From the NCBI GenBank assembly GCA_031267335.1, contig JAIRZH010000010.1:1-30622 (forward strand): a stretch of 30,622 bases of DNA, written 5' to 3'. Below are positions 16,990 through 26,341 of this stretch, piece after piece (the stretch's first letter is position 1; each line of letters opens with the position of its first letter). The notes below the pieces were generated by a model. The model was given only the letters and a program-made list of their open reading frames with translations. It had not been told where the DNA came from and did not search any database. Made by a program: the position numbers and the translations under genes. Source of the DNA: Oscillospiraceae bacterium (lineage in GTDB: Bacteria > Bacillota > Clostridia > Oscillospirales > Acutalibacteraceae).

Positions 16990-17804
16990 GCAAAATCAAT
17001 AACAACCTGCCGCTATGTGGCAGAACGTTGCAACCACATAGCGGTTGTAAATTCTGGAATTTTTCAGAAAGCAAAAATGACGGTAAAGAAAGAATTCTGC
17101 GAATTGATGGAATCATCGCTGAAGAAAGCTTTCTTGATGATGATGTCACTCCGAAACAGTTTAAATCTGAACTCGAATCAGGCACAGGAGATATTACGGT
17201 TTGGATAAATTCTTGTGGAGGAGATGTTTTCTCAGCTTCGCAAATCTACAATATGTTAAGGGGTTACAAAGGAAAAGTAATCGTCAAAATTGACGGAATC
17301 GCTGCTTCGGCAGCCTCACTTATTGCAATGAGTGGCGATGAAATTTTAATGTCGCCCGTTTCACTTATGATGATTCATAACCCAAGTACGCTTGCATTTG
17401 GAGAAAAAACTGATATGCAAAAGGCAATTTCAATGCTAGATGAGACAAAAGAAGCAATCATCAATGCATATCAGGAAAGAACAAAACTTTCTCGTAAGAA
17501 AATTGCCGATTTGATGAGTGAGGAAACATGGCTAAACGCCAGAAAAGCTGTCGAACTAGGCTTTGCAGACAAAATTATGTACGATTACGAGAACATCTGG
17601 GAAGATAAGGCTTCAGATATGATTTTTTGCCGAGCGGCTTTTGCAAATAAAGTTTTAGAAAAATTAAAAACCGAAGAGGAACTGAAACGAAAAGAAGAAA
17701 AATGGGATGAGGATGAGAAGGAAAAAGAACAAAAATCCAAAGATTCACAGATAAAATCAAGCATCGAGCCGCTGTATAAGCGGCTTAATTTATTGTCGCG
17801 ATAA
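16986..17804 (+). CDS. ClpP-like prohead maturation protease
   Basis: INSCGGDV, GIAASAAS, MMIHNP, EETWLNA..AVELGFAD. Confidence 0.95.
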   Translation: MSKINNNLPLCGRTLQPHSGCKFWNFSESKNDGKERILRIDGIIAEESFLDDDVTPKQFKSELESGTGDITVWINSCGGDVFSASQIYNMLRGYKGKVIVKIDGIAASAASLIAMSGDEILMSPVSLMMIHNPSTLAFGEKTDMQKAISMLDETKEAIINAYQERTKLSRKKIADLMSEETWLNARKAVELGFADKIMYDYENIWEDKASDMIFCRAAFANKVLEKLKTEEELKRKEEKWDEDEKEKEQKSKDSQIKSSIEPLYKRLNLLSR

Positions 17805-17845
17805 AAACCACGACAAGAAATAAATTATTAAAATTTTAGGTTCGG

Positions 17846-17895
17846 TTTAATTAAAATAAATTAAATTAAATCAAATTTAACTAAATTAAATTAAT
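17846..17895 (+). repeat. Pentanucleotide (TTAAA-like) x10 microsatellite upstream of the capsid RBS
   Basis: TTTAA TTAAA ATAAA TTAAA TTAAA TCAAA TTTAA CTAAA TTAAA TTAAT. Confidence 0.8.
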
Positions 17896-17914
17896 TTTTT
17901 GGAGGAAATTTATT

Positions 17915-19123
17915 ATGAACACTAGTTTAGATTTGCGCGAGAAGCGCACAAAAATATGGGATAACGCAAAAGATTTTTTAGATAGCAAACGAGGCAAAGA
18001 CGGCCTAATTTCTGAAGAAGACAGCAAAACTTATGAAAAAATGGAGCAAGAAGTTTTAAATCTCGGCAAAGAAATTGATAGGCTTGAAAAGCAGACAGCA
18101 ATTGATTTAGAACTTTCGAAAGTAACAAGCAAACCGATTCTAAATTCACCTAAATTCCTGGAGATAAGCAAAGGAGAAATAAATAGAGAAAAAATAGGCA
18201 GGGCAAGCGATGAATACAAAGCTGATTTTGGCAGGCTTTTAAGATGTAAGCCATTAATTCACAATGCGATGAGTGAAGGTGTAGACACAGACGGAGGTTT
18301 TTTGGTTCCGACTGAGATGGAAAAGCAAATTGTCACAGATTTGGCTGAATACAACGTAATCAGAAGTTTGGCAAAGACGATAAATACAAGCTCGGAGAGA
18401 AAAATTCCTGTCGCAGCAACGCATTCAACTGCAACTTGGACGGCTGAAAATGCAGCAATTACGGAATCTGATCCGACATTTAGCCAAATCATGATAGATG
18501 CCTTTAAACTTACCGATTTAGTCAAAGTTTCGATCGAGCTTTTGCAGGACAGTGCCTTCGATTTAGAAACTTACCTTTCAAATGAATTTGCAAGAGCATT
18601 TGGTGTTGCCGAAGAAGAGTCTTTCTGCGTTGGAACAGGAACAGGTCAACCAACGGGAATTTTCACAGACAATGGCGGAAGCATAGGTGTTACTGCAAAC
18701 AGCCCAACTGCGATTACGGTCGACAACCTTATCGACTTGGTCTATTCGCTTAAATCGCCATATCGTGGAAACTCTTGTTTCATCATGAAAGACATTACGG
18801 TTTCTGCAATCAGGAAGCTCAAGGATGGAAACGGAGCTTACTTGTGGCAGCCTTCGTCTCAGGCAGGCCAGCCTGATAGATTACTTGGCTATCCTTTATA
18901 TACATCGCCATATGTTCCCGCACTTGCGGCAAATGCTTACACAGTGGCATTCGGAGACATGACAAATTTTTGGATCGCAGACCGGATGGGAAGAACGATT
19001 GCCAGATTAAATGAGCTTTATGCAGGGAACGGACAAGTCGGATTCATTGCAACCGAAAGAGTCGACGGCAAGGTCGTTATGAATGAAGGAATAAAACTTC
19101 TAAAAATGGCAGCGGGGTCATGA
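17915..19123 (+). CDS. Major capsid protein (HK97 fold, N-terminal coiled-coil delta domain)
   Basis: DGGFLVP, A.W..E, IRKLKDGNGAYLWQPS, G.VGF.A.ERVDGK. Confidence 0.97.
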   Translation: MNTSLDLREKRTKIWDNAKDFLDSKRGKDGLISEEDSKTYEKMEQEVLNLGKEIDRLEKQTAIDLELSKVTSKPILNSPKFLEISKGEINREKIGRASDEYKADFGRLLRCKPLIHNAMSEGVDTDGGFLVPTEMEKQIVTDLAEYNVIRSLAKTINTSSERKIPVAATHSTATWTAENAAITESDPTFSQIMIDAFKLTDLVKVSIELLQDSAFDLETYLSNEFARAFGVAEEESFCVGTGTGQPTGIFTDNGGSIGVTANSPTAITVDNLIDLVYSLKSPYRGNSCFIMKDITVSAIRKLKDGNGAYLWQPSSQAGQPDRLLGYPLYTSPYVPALAANAYTVAFGDMTNFWIADRMGRTIARLNELYAGNGQVGFIATERVDGKVVMNEGIKLLKMAAGS

Positions 19124-19146
19124 CGAATCCAAAAAGGAGGCCAGCT

Positions 19147-19458
19147 ATGACAGATTTATTATCAAAAGTAAAAGCGAACTTGATTATTGACTTTGATAAC
19201 GATGATGAGCTTTTGCAAAATTACATTAACGCGGCTATTTCTTATGCTGAAAGTTATCAGAAAAGACCTGAAAATTGCTACATCGAAAACCTGATGACAC
19301 CGACAACCGAGCAAGCAGTAATCCTGCTTGCTTCTCACTTTTATGAATCGAGAGATGGCTCGACAGGGGGGATTTTCGCAGATAACGTTCAGGCGGGACA
19401 GCAAATTTGGAACACAGTAAATACATTGTTAAGGTTAGACAAAAATTGGTCTATTTAA
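19147..19458 (+). CDS. Head-tail connector (gp6-like)
   Basis: KVKANLII..D.DDELL..YI.AA; start ATG 19147 after AAGGAGG (in-frame upstream ATG at 19120). Confidence 0.88.
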   Translation: MTDLLSKVKANLIIDFDNDDELLQNYINAAISYAESYQKRPENCYIENLMTPTTEQAVILLASHFYESRDGSTGGIFADNVQAGQQIWNTVNTLLRLDKNWSI

Positions 19459-19471
19459 GTGAGGCTAAATT

Positions 19472-19810
19472 ATGGGTTTAGGAAAAATGACAGGATTTGC
19501 AGAAATTATTCTGCCGGTAATTGTCAAAGATTCAAATGGCTTTGTGACTGAAAATGATGAGATTTTGGCTTCAATACGGGTCTATAAAGAATTCAGACAC
19601 GGTTCAGTAAGGTGGGCAAATTTAGCTTCATTTTCAACTGCAAGCGTGCTTTTCAGATTCAGAAAAATTCCTGATTTGGAGATTACGACCAAACATATAA
19701 TTGTCTGTGAAACAGGAAGATACAGGGTTTTATCTGTTGAAGATATCAAAAATCGAAAGATGTATCTGGAAGTTTTGGCAGAAGAAGTAAAGCCGAGCGG
19801 TGAAGTATAG
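19472..19810 (+). CDS. Head closure / head-tail adaptor
   Basis: 112 aa; F.FR.IPDLEIT, GRY.VLSVED...MYLEVLAE; position in the module. Confidence 0.85.
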   Translation: MGLGKMTGFAEIILPVIVKDSNGFVTENDEILASIRVYKEFRHGSVRWANLASFSTASVLFRFRKIPDLEITTKHIIVCETGRYRVLSVEDIKNRKMYLEVLAEEVKPSGEV

Positions 19811-19955
19811 TGGCAAAGTATAGCTGTTTCAATTGGAAACAAGCTATGACCACTTTCTAGATTTAGCCAATTTAACTCTTAGTATGCCTGGCACACAGCC
19901 AGTTATGGGCTGAATTAGCTGTATTTTGAAGTTTTGTGTGAGGAGGTAAAACCAA

Positions 19956-20456
19956 GTGGCGAAATGCGAAGTAAAGTTGCCTGATGAAGTCTATGAAAAG
20001 TTAGCAAAATTAGGTGATAAGACTGACAAAATTACAAGAGAAATATTAGAAGCTGGCGCAAAACCTGTTTTGGCGACGGTTAAATCAAATTTAAGGTCAG
20101 TCATAGGCCGTGCGATTAAAACAAAATCTCGTTCGACTGGTGAACTTTTAAATTCTGTTGGAATTAGTCCTGTAAGTATAGACAAACAGGGTATTTCGAA
20201 CATCAAAATTGGTTTTGCCGAACCTCGAAAGCAGCAGTACAAGCCAAAAAACTGGCATTATAGCAAGCGAACGAAAGGTCTGGTTGCCGACAGAGGTTAT
20301 TACACATCAACAAATGCCCTTATTGCGGGAGTTTTGGAATATGGAAGACACGGTCAGCCCGCAAAACCCTTTATGAAACCTGCTAAAAATTCTTCAAAAG
20401 GAGCGTGCGTTAAAGCAATGGAAGAAAAATTCAATGAAGAGGTGAGCAAATTGTGA
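19956..20456 (+). CDS. HK97 gp10-like tail completion protein
   Basis: LEYG.HGQPAKPFMKPA; GTG start with RBS AGGAGG. Confidence 0.88.
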   Translation: MAKCEVKLPDEVYEKLAKLGDKTDKITREILEAGAKPVLATVKSNLRSVIGRAIKTKSRSTGELLNSVGISPVSIDKQGISNIKIGFAEPRKQQYKPKNWHYSKRTKGLVADRGYYTSTNALIAGVLEYGRHGQPAKPFMKPAKNSSKGACVKAMEEKFNEEVSKL

Positions 20457-20794
20457 CGATTTTGGAAGAGCTGAATCAAATTTTAAAAGATCTGCAAATT
20501 CCAGTTGAAACAGGATATTTTGACAGCCAAGCTCCTGACCAATATTCGGTTTTGACGCCAATGAGCGACGATTTTCAGCTTTTTGCTGATGACTTGCCGC
20601 AGCAAGATGTAAAAAATGTCAGAATTTCAATTTTTACGAAAAACAATTATTTAGATCTAAAAAGACAGCTTGAAATCTTGCTTTTGAAAGCAAATTTCAC
20701 AATAACTCAGCGTTATTACGTTGAGTTCGAACCCGAAACAAAATATCACCATTATTCAGTGGATGTTTCAAAAAATTTTAATTTGGAGGAATAG
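20453..20794 (+). CDS. Putative tail terminator
   Basis: PVETG.F...APDQY, YEPET-like KYHHYSVDV; directly before the major tail gene. Confidence 0.75.
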   Translation: MTILEELNQILKDLQIPVETGYFDSQAPDQYSVLTPMSDDFQLFADDLPQQDVKNVRISIFTKNNYLDLKRQLEILLLKANFTITQRYYVEFEPETKYHHYSVDVSKNFNLEE

Positions 20795-20858
20795 CCAATG
20801 TACAATTAAGGGTTATTTATCCAAAACCTTATATTAAATTTACGGAGGAATAAAAACT

Positions 20859-21461
20859 ATGGCAACAATTGGATTATCAGATCTTTATTATTCAGAAATT
20901 ACAGAAAACACATCAGGAGTCGAAACTTACGGAACGCCCGTAAAACTTGCAAAAGCAATGAAAGCAGACTTATCGGTTGAGCTTGCGGAGGCCGTACTTT
21001 TTGCAGATGACGCGGCCTCGGAAGTTGTCAAAACATTCAAAAGTGGGACTTTATCGCTTGGCGTTGACGACATTGGCAAAGACTCGGCGATGGCTCTTCT
21101 TGGAGTTAGAGTTGACGCAAACGGAGTAATTGTTTCTTCAAGCGAAGATACATCTACGCCTGTGGCAATCGGATTTAGGGCAAGAAAATCAAACGGAAAG
21201 TACAGATATTTCTGGATTTATCGCGTTGTATTTGGCGTTCCGTCGGCAAACTTGGAAACAAAAGGCGATTCGATAAATTTCCAAGCTCCAACAATTGAAG
21301 GAACGGTTACGGTTAGAAATAAACTTGATTGGCAGAATAAACATCCGTGGAAAGCCGAGGTCACCGAAGGTGATACCGGAGTTTCGCCAAGCGTTATCAC
21401 AAATTGGTTTACGGAAGTTTATGAGCCGGAGGGAACGCCTGAAAACGGAGGCTTAGAATAA
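20859..21461 (+). CDS. Major tail protein (phi13-like family)
   Basis: MATIGLSDLYYS, LFADDA, PVAIGFRA.KSNGKYRYFW, TKGDSI.FQ.PTIEG. Confidence 0.93.
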   Translation: MATIGLSDLYYSEITENTSGVETYGTPVKLAKAMKADLSVELAEAVLFADDAASEVVKTFKSGTLSLGVDDIGKDSAMALLGVRVDANGVIVSSSEDTSTPVAIGFRARKSNGKYRYFWIYRVVFGVPSANLETKGDSINFQAPTIEGTVTVRNKLDWQNKHPWKAEVTEGDTGVSPSVITNWFTEVYEPEGTPENGGLE

Positions 21462-21585
21462 TGATTTATATAGAAAGCGTTATCACAAATTGGCCTAAAG
21501 AAGTTTTTGGATCGTCGGGAGAAGAGATATCCATCAGAAGAATAGGCACATGCAAAGAAACACATTCGGCGGGAGGTAATTAGAA

Positions 21586-21972
21586 GTGATTGATACCGAT
21601 AGAATGACTGAGATCAAGATCGGCGGAGAAAAATTTTCTTTGATTTTAACAACAAGAGCCGTCAAGGAAATCGCCGCAAAATACGGTTCACTTGAAGTTA
21701 TCGGTGAAAAAATGTCAAATTCCAAAGACATTGCCTCAACTTTTTCAGAACTGATTTGGCTCATCGTTTTGCTTGCAAATCAGGCGATTCTCATCCACAA
21801 CTACAAAAATCCAAATGAAAAGAAAGAGCTTCTGACAGAGGAATTTGTGGAATTGATGACGACTCCACAGGATATCGTAAAAATAAATTCCGTTCTTGCA
21901 AAAACTTTAACGATTGGCACAAAGCGTAATGTTTTAGGCGAAGAATCAACAAAAAACGTCAAGACCGAGTAG
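21586..21972 (+). CDS. Tail assembly chaperone (gpG-like)
   Basis: 128 aa between the major tail and tape measure genes; ends just after a slippery heptamer. Confidence 0.8.
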   Translation: MIDTDRMTEIKIGGEKFSLILTTRAVKEIAAKYGSLEVIGEKMSNSKDIASTFSELIWLIVLLANQAILIHNYKNPNEKKELLTEEFVELMTTPQDIVKINSVLAKTLTIGTKRNVLGEESTKNVKTE

Positions 21973-22160
21973 AAAACAAAGAATTTTTTACTCGGCTTCT
22001 CTATTTCGGAATGGTTCATCTTCATTTAAGCGAAGATGAACTTTTTCTTATGCCAATTGGCAAAATGCTGGACTTAATCGAGTGCCACAAACAATATTTA
22101 GGAATTTCAAAACCAAGAAAAGAGATTTTTATTGATGATGTGATTCCTGAGATTTGTTAA
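21586..22160 (+). CDS. Tail chaperone G-T fusion via programmed -1 frameshift at A-AAA-AAC (21951-21957), about 190 aa
   Basis: Heptamer is in the correct phase; the -1 frame stays open from 21957 to TAA 22158-22160 (RQDRVENKEFFTRLLYFG...ECHKQYLG...DDVIPEIC). Confidence 0.8.
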
Positions 22161-22208
22161 AAAGTTTAATTATTTTTTTGAGATTTTTTAGAAAAAGAGG
22201 TGATTTTA

Positions 22209-24638
22209 ATGTCAGACATCGGAATCAAGCTTGCTTTAGATGGAGAAAAAGAATTCAAGCGTTCTCTGACTGAGATAAATTCTGCATTTAAAGTTTTATC
22301 AAGCGAAATGGCCGTAGTTTCGAGTGAGTTTGATAAGAATGACAAATCTGTTCAAGCTGCAGCGGCAAGAAACGGTGTCTTAAATAAGGAAATCGATGCA
22401 CAAAAAGATAAGATTTCTATGCTAAAAGACGCTTTGAATAACGCTTCTGAGTCGTTTGGCGAGAGTGATAAAAGAACGCAAGCATGGGCGACAAAACTCA
22501 ATTATGCTCAGGCCGATCTAAACAAAATGGAGCAAGAACTTGATGAAAATAACGCAGTTTTAGAGTTGAACGGAGAAAACTTAAACGAAAATTCTCAAAA
22601 TCTCGATGAATTCGGCAAATCTGCTGACGATGCTGGCCAAAAGGCTCTGAGTTTAGGTGACATTATCAAGGCAAACCTTATAACCGAAGCAATTATTTCA
22701 GGTCTAAAAGCCCTTGGCAGTGCAATTTCTGCGATTCCCGGATATTTTTCTGAATCAATAAAAGCAGCGGCAAGTTACGGCGATAATATTTTAACAATGT
22801 CGCAGCAAACCGGTATTTCAACCCAGAAACTTCAAGAACTCTCGGCAATTTCAGAGCTCGTTGATGTTGATTTAGATACGATGACAAAATCTATGGCGAA
22901 AAATATCAAGTCCATGAGCTCCGCCCAAAGCGGCAGCGGAGCAGTTTCCGAGGCTTATAAAAAGTTAGGAGTTGCCATAACTGATTCAAATGGCAATTTG
23001 AAAGACAGCGAAGAAGTTTACTGGGCTTCGATTGACGCACTTAGCAAAATTTCTAACGAAACCGAACGAGATGCTTTGGCGATGCAGCTTTTCGGCAAGT
23101 CAGCGCAAGAACTTAATCCTTTGATCGCGCAAGGTTCGGCAGGGATTGCAGAGATGACACAATATGCTTACCAAATTGGTGCTGTGCTTTCAGAAGACGT
23201 TTTAACATCCCTTGGCGCAATGGACGACCAATTTCAGATTTTTGGCAAAACTATGGAAAGCACCAAAAATCTGGTTGGAGCGACATTTGCACCGACTGTA
23301 ACTGCGCTTGTTTCTGGTGCAAATCAAATCACCGGCAGTTTTAACGGAATCATTGCCGCCGTCTTAAATGGTGGAGATATACAAACCGCCATTGATTTCT
23401 TTGTAAGCCAGATTCAAAGCGTGATTCCGAGAATTTTAGAAATAATTCCGCAGTTTTTAGAAGTTGCCTCAAACCTTATAAATGCTCTTGTTCAAGGGGT
23501 TTCAGAAGCTGCACCGTTACTGCTAAACGCCGTAGTTTTACTGCTCCCGCAAATCGTGGAAACTTTAATGGGTGGTATAAATCAGCTTATCCCGGTTGCA
23601 ATGCAAATAATTATGGTGCTCGTACAAGGAATAATCTCGGCTTTGCCGCAATTGGTTGAAGGTGCGGTTCAGATGATCGGCGCGCTTGTTAAAGGAATTT
23701 CGCAAGCTTTGCCAACACTTATTCCTGCGGTCGTAACTGTTGTAATGACCATAGTTCAGGCCTTAATTGACAACATAGATTTGCTTCTAGAGGCAGGAAT
23801 CGAGTTTTTGACAGCACTTATTGATGCTATTCCACCGACAATTACTGCACTTTTGGAGAATTTGCCAAAAATAATTTCAACAATAATTCAGGCTGTGATT
23901 AACGCAATTCCGCTACTTTTAGACGGTGCAATCAAGTTATTTATGGCGATTGTTGAGGCAATCCCAAAAATTGTAGTGTCTTTAATTGAAAATTTGCCAA
24001 AAATCATTACTTCGATAATCACAACTCTCACAAAACCTGAAAATATCTCGCTTTTATTGCGGTCTGCAGTAAAACTTTTTATGGCTTTGATTTCTGCAAT
24101 TCCAACAATTGTCGTAGAGCTTGCTAAAAGCCTACCTCAAATAATCACTGCGATTGTGAAAGGAATCGGTACGGGATTCACGGCAATTGTTGATGCAGGT
24201 AAAAATCTCATTAAAGGCTTGTGGCAAGGGATTTCTGATATGACAAATTGGATTAAAGATAAAATCAAGGGTTTTGGCGAAAGTGTGGTAAATGGTCTTA
24301 AAAATTTCTTTGGAATTCATTCGCCATCATCACTTTTTCGTGACAAAATTGGTAAAAATTTAGCTTTAGGTCTTGGCGAAGGATTTTCTGAGGAGATGTC
24401 AAAAATTTCAAATGATATGAAGAACGCTGTTCCAACTGATTTTGATGTCAGTTTGAATCCAAATTTAAGTCAGGCTGATTATTCTTCCTCGGTAAATTAT
24501 GAATCACAAGCTTTGGCCACATCAGATCTGATGATTTCGGCGTTTCAGAAGGCCTTGTCGGGAATGGCATTCAAAGTTGATAGCGATAAAATTGGTGAAT
24601 TAGTAATTTCAAAAGTCGAAAGAGTGGTGTATGCATGA
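22209..24638 (+). CDS. Tape measure protein
   Basis: IGIKLALDGEKEFK N-terminus, long helical and amphipathic repeats, FFGIHSPS near the C-terminus; ATG 22209 after GAGGTG. Confidence 0.95.
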   Translation: MSDIGIKLALDGEKEFKRSLTEINSAFKVLSSEMAVVSSEFDKNDKSVQAAAARNGVLNKEIDAQKDKISMLKDALNNASESFGESDKRTQAWATKLNYAQADLNKMEQELDENNAVLELNGENLNENSQNLDEFGKSADDAGQKALSLGDIIKANLITEAIISGLKALGSAISAIPGYFSESIKAAASYGDNILTMSQQTGISTQKLQELSAISELVDVDLDTMTKSMAKNIKSMSSAQSGSGAVSEAYKKLGVAITDSNGNLKDSEEVYWASIDALSKISNETERDALAMQLFGKSAQELNPLIAQGSAGIAEMTQYAYQIGAVLSEDVLTSLGAMDDQFQIFGKTMESTKNLVGATFAPTVTALVSGANQITGSFNGIIAAVLNGGDIQTAIDFFVSQIQSVIPRILEIIPQFLEVASNLINALVQGVSEAAPLLLNAVVLLLPQIVETLMGGINQLIPVAMQIIMVLVQGIISALPQLVEGAVQMIGALVKGISQALPTLIPAVVTVVMTIVQALIDNIDLLLEAGIEFLTALIDAIPPTITALLENLPKIISTIIQAVINAIPLLLDGAIKLFMAIVEAIPKIVVSLIENLPKIITSIITTLTKPENISLLLRSAVKLFMALISAIPTIVVELAKSLPQIITAIVKGIGTGFTAIVDAGKNLIKGLWQGISDMTNWIKDKIKGFGESVVNGLKNFFGIHSPSSLFRDKIGKNLALGLGEGFSEEMSKISNDMKNAVPTDFDVSLNPNLSQADYSSSVNYESQALATSDLMISAFQKALSGMAFKVDSDKIGELVISKVERVVYA

Positions 24639-25354
24639 ACAATTTTTTAATTTGGAATGGTATAAATTCAAATACTATTCAGGGATTACGGATTTGTGAG
24701 CTACCGCCGATTACAAAACCGACAATTAGAACATCGATTATTGAAATTGACGGAAAAGATGGCGATTTTGTTGAGTTGCAAGGCTATGAATCTTATGAAA
24801 AGTCAGTTAAAATCGGGCTTTTCAGAAATTGTGATATTAATCAAATTGCAAAATATTTTACAGGTTCAGGGCAAATAACTTTCTCAAACGAACCTGATAA
24901 ATACTACAACACTCAAATTTCAGAGCAGATTGACTTTGAAAGACTTGTGCTTTTTAAAACTGCAAACGTAAAATTTCATGTGCAGCCATTTAAATATCTC
25001 GTTGATGAAAAGCCCATAAGTCTGGAAATAACCTCGGAAACGGAACTAAATGTAACAAATGTCGGTTTGGAAAATTCCAAGCCGATTTTTAATTTGTGGG
25101 GTTCGGGGATTATTGAAATTTCAATCAACACAATAGGTACTTTTCAACTTAATTTCAGTGCTAATTCGGACATTCCGGACAAGTATTTAACAATTAACAG
25201 CGAAATTGAAGAATGTTACAAAGATACACTGAAAACTCTTAAAAACAGAAGCATGGCAGGAGAGTTTCCGATATTACTTCCAGGAGAAAATATAGTTTCT
25301 TGGACTGGAAATTTAACAAGAATTGAGATTTATCCAAGAAGCATGTGGCTTTGA
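24635..25354 (+). CDS. Distal tail protein (Dit)
   Basis: Follows the tape measure gene with ATGA overlap; I.GKDG, FSNEPDKYY, G.N..SW.G patterns. Confidence 0.85.
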   Translation: MNNFLIWNGINSNTIQGLRICELPPITKPTIRTSIIEIDGKDGDFVELQGYESYEKSVKIGLFRNCDINQIAKYFTGSGQITFSNEPDKYYNTQISEQIDFERLVLFKTANVKFHVQPFKYLVDEKPISLEITSETELNVTNVGLENSKPIFNLWGSGIIEISINTIGTFQLNFSANSDIPDKYLTINSEIEECYKDTLKTLKNRSMAGEFPILLPGENIVSWTGNLTRIEIYPRSMWL

Positions 25355-25404
25355 AAACAATCAAGAATTTGAAAATCAAATTACTGAAATAAGAATTTTT
25401 AGCA

Positions 25405-25434
25405 ACCGACATTTTAAAGTGTCGGTATTTTAAT
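25405..25434 (+). terminator. Hairpin with T-rich tail upstream of the BRO gene
   Basis: ACCGACA-TTTTAAAG-TGTCGGT then ATTTTAATT. Confidence 0.5.
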
Positions 25435-25453
25435 TCATATGGAGATTTTTATT

Positions 25454-26221
25454 GTGGAAAATAAATTAGAAATTTTTAATAGTGATCAATTTGGACAAAT
25501 TAGAACAATTTTAATAAATGATGAACCCTATTTTTGCCTAGCGGATATTTGCAAAGCATTGAGCTTAGAACAGGTAAGCAGAGTAAAAGACAGGCTGAAA
25601 AAGGTTGGGGTTACTACAAATAAGGTCATCGATTCACTTGGTAGAAACCAAGATGCCACCTTTATTAATGAGCAAAATCTCTATAAATGTATCTTCCAAA
25701 GCAGAACGTCAAAAGCCGAAAATTTCCAGGATTGGATTTCCAGTGAAGTTTTGCCACAGATTCGCAAAACCGGAATGTATTCGAAAGTTCCCAAAACTTA
25801 TGCACAAGCTTTGCGAATGTATGCCAATGAAGTAGAACAAAAAGAACTAATGCAAAATCAGCGTGACGAAGCAATCAGAACAAAAGCGTGGATCGGCAGC
25901 AAAAGAGAAGCAACTGCTATGGCATTGGCGTCTTCTAAATCGCGAGAATGTAAAAAATTAAAAACTGAAACAGAAATTCTCAAAGAAGAATTAGACCAAT
26001 CCAAACAGCGCGCTACTATTAAATTTGTTGAGAAAAAGTTAGCAAAACTCAGAAAAAATTTTGATTGGAAGGCACTTAAAAAATATTGCCTGGATAATAA
26101 TTTAAAAATCAAAAAAATTTTTGATTCAAATTTTGTAAGTGTTAATTCATATCCCGCCAAAGCTTGGTGGAAAGTGTACGGAGTGGATCTTGAAGAATTA
26201 AATGGAGATCAAGGAGATTAA
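25454..26221 (+). CDS. BRO-N domain protein (antirepressor-like)
   Basis: IFN..QFGQIRT....EPYFCLADICKAL, FINEQNLY..IFQSR...AE.FQDWI..EVLP.IRKTG.Y; GTG 25454 fits RBS GGAG (track start 25439). Confidence 0.9.
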   Translation: MENKLEIFNSDQFGQIRTILINDEPYFCLADICKALSLEQVSRVKDRLKKVGVTTNKVIDSLGRNQDATFINEQNLYKCIFQSRTSKAENFQDWISSEVLPQIRKTGMYSKVPKTYAQALRMYANEVEQKELMQNQRDEAIRTKAWIGSKREATAMALASSKSRECKKLKTETEILKEELDQSKQRATIKFVEKKLAKLRKNFDWKALKKYCLDNNLKIKKIFDSNFVSVNSYPAKAWWKVYGVDLEELNGDQGD

Positions 26222-26341
26222 AATGATTAGTGTTTTTCCACCAACAGAAACTGCCTTTGCGCCACTTTCACTTCGTGAAAATGGTGACCCTATTCGGGCC
26301 GACGACTCGCTTCGCTTCGTCGCCAACAAAGGAGAGTTCAA

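Noticed and set aside
20232-20305. Extra basic segment in the gp10-like protein (KQQYKPKNWHYSKRTK...)
   Set aside because: No DNA symmetry seen, and similar basic loops seem to occur in family members; cannot be called an insertion without an alignment
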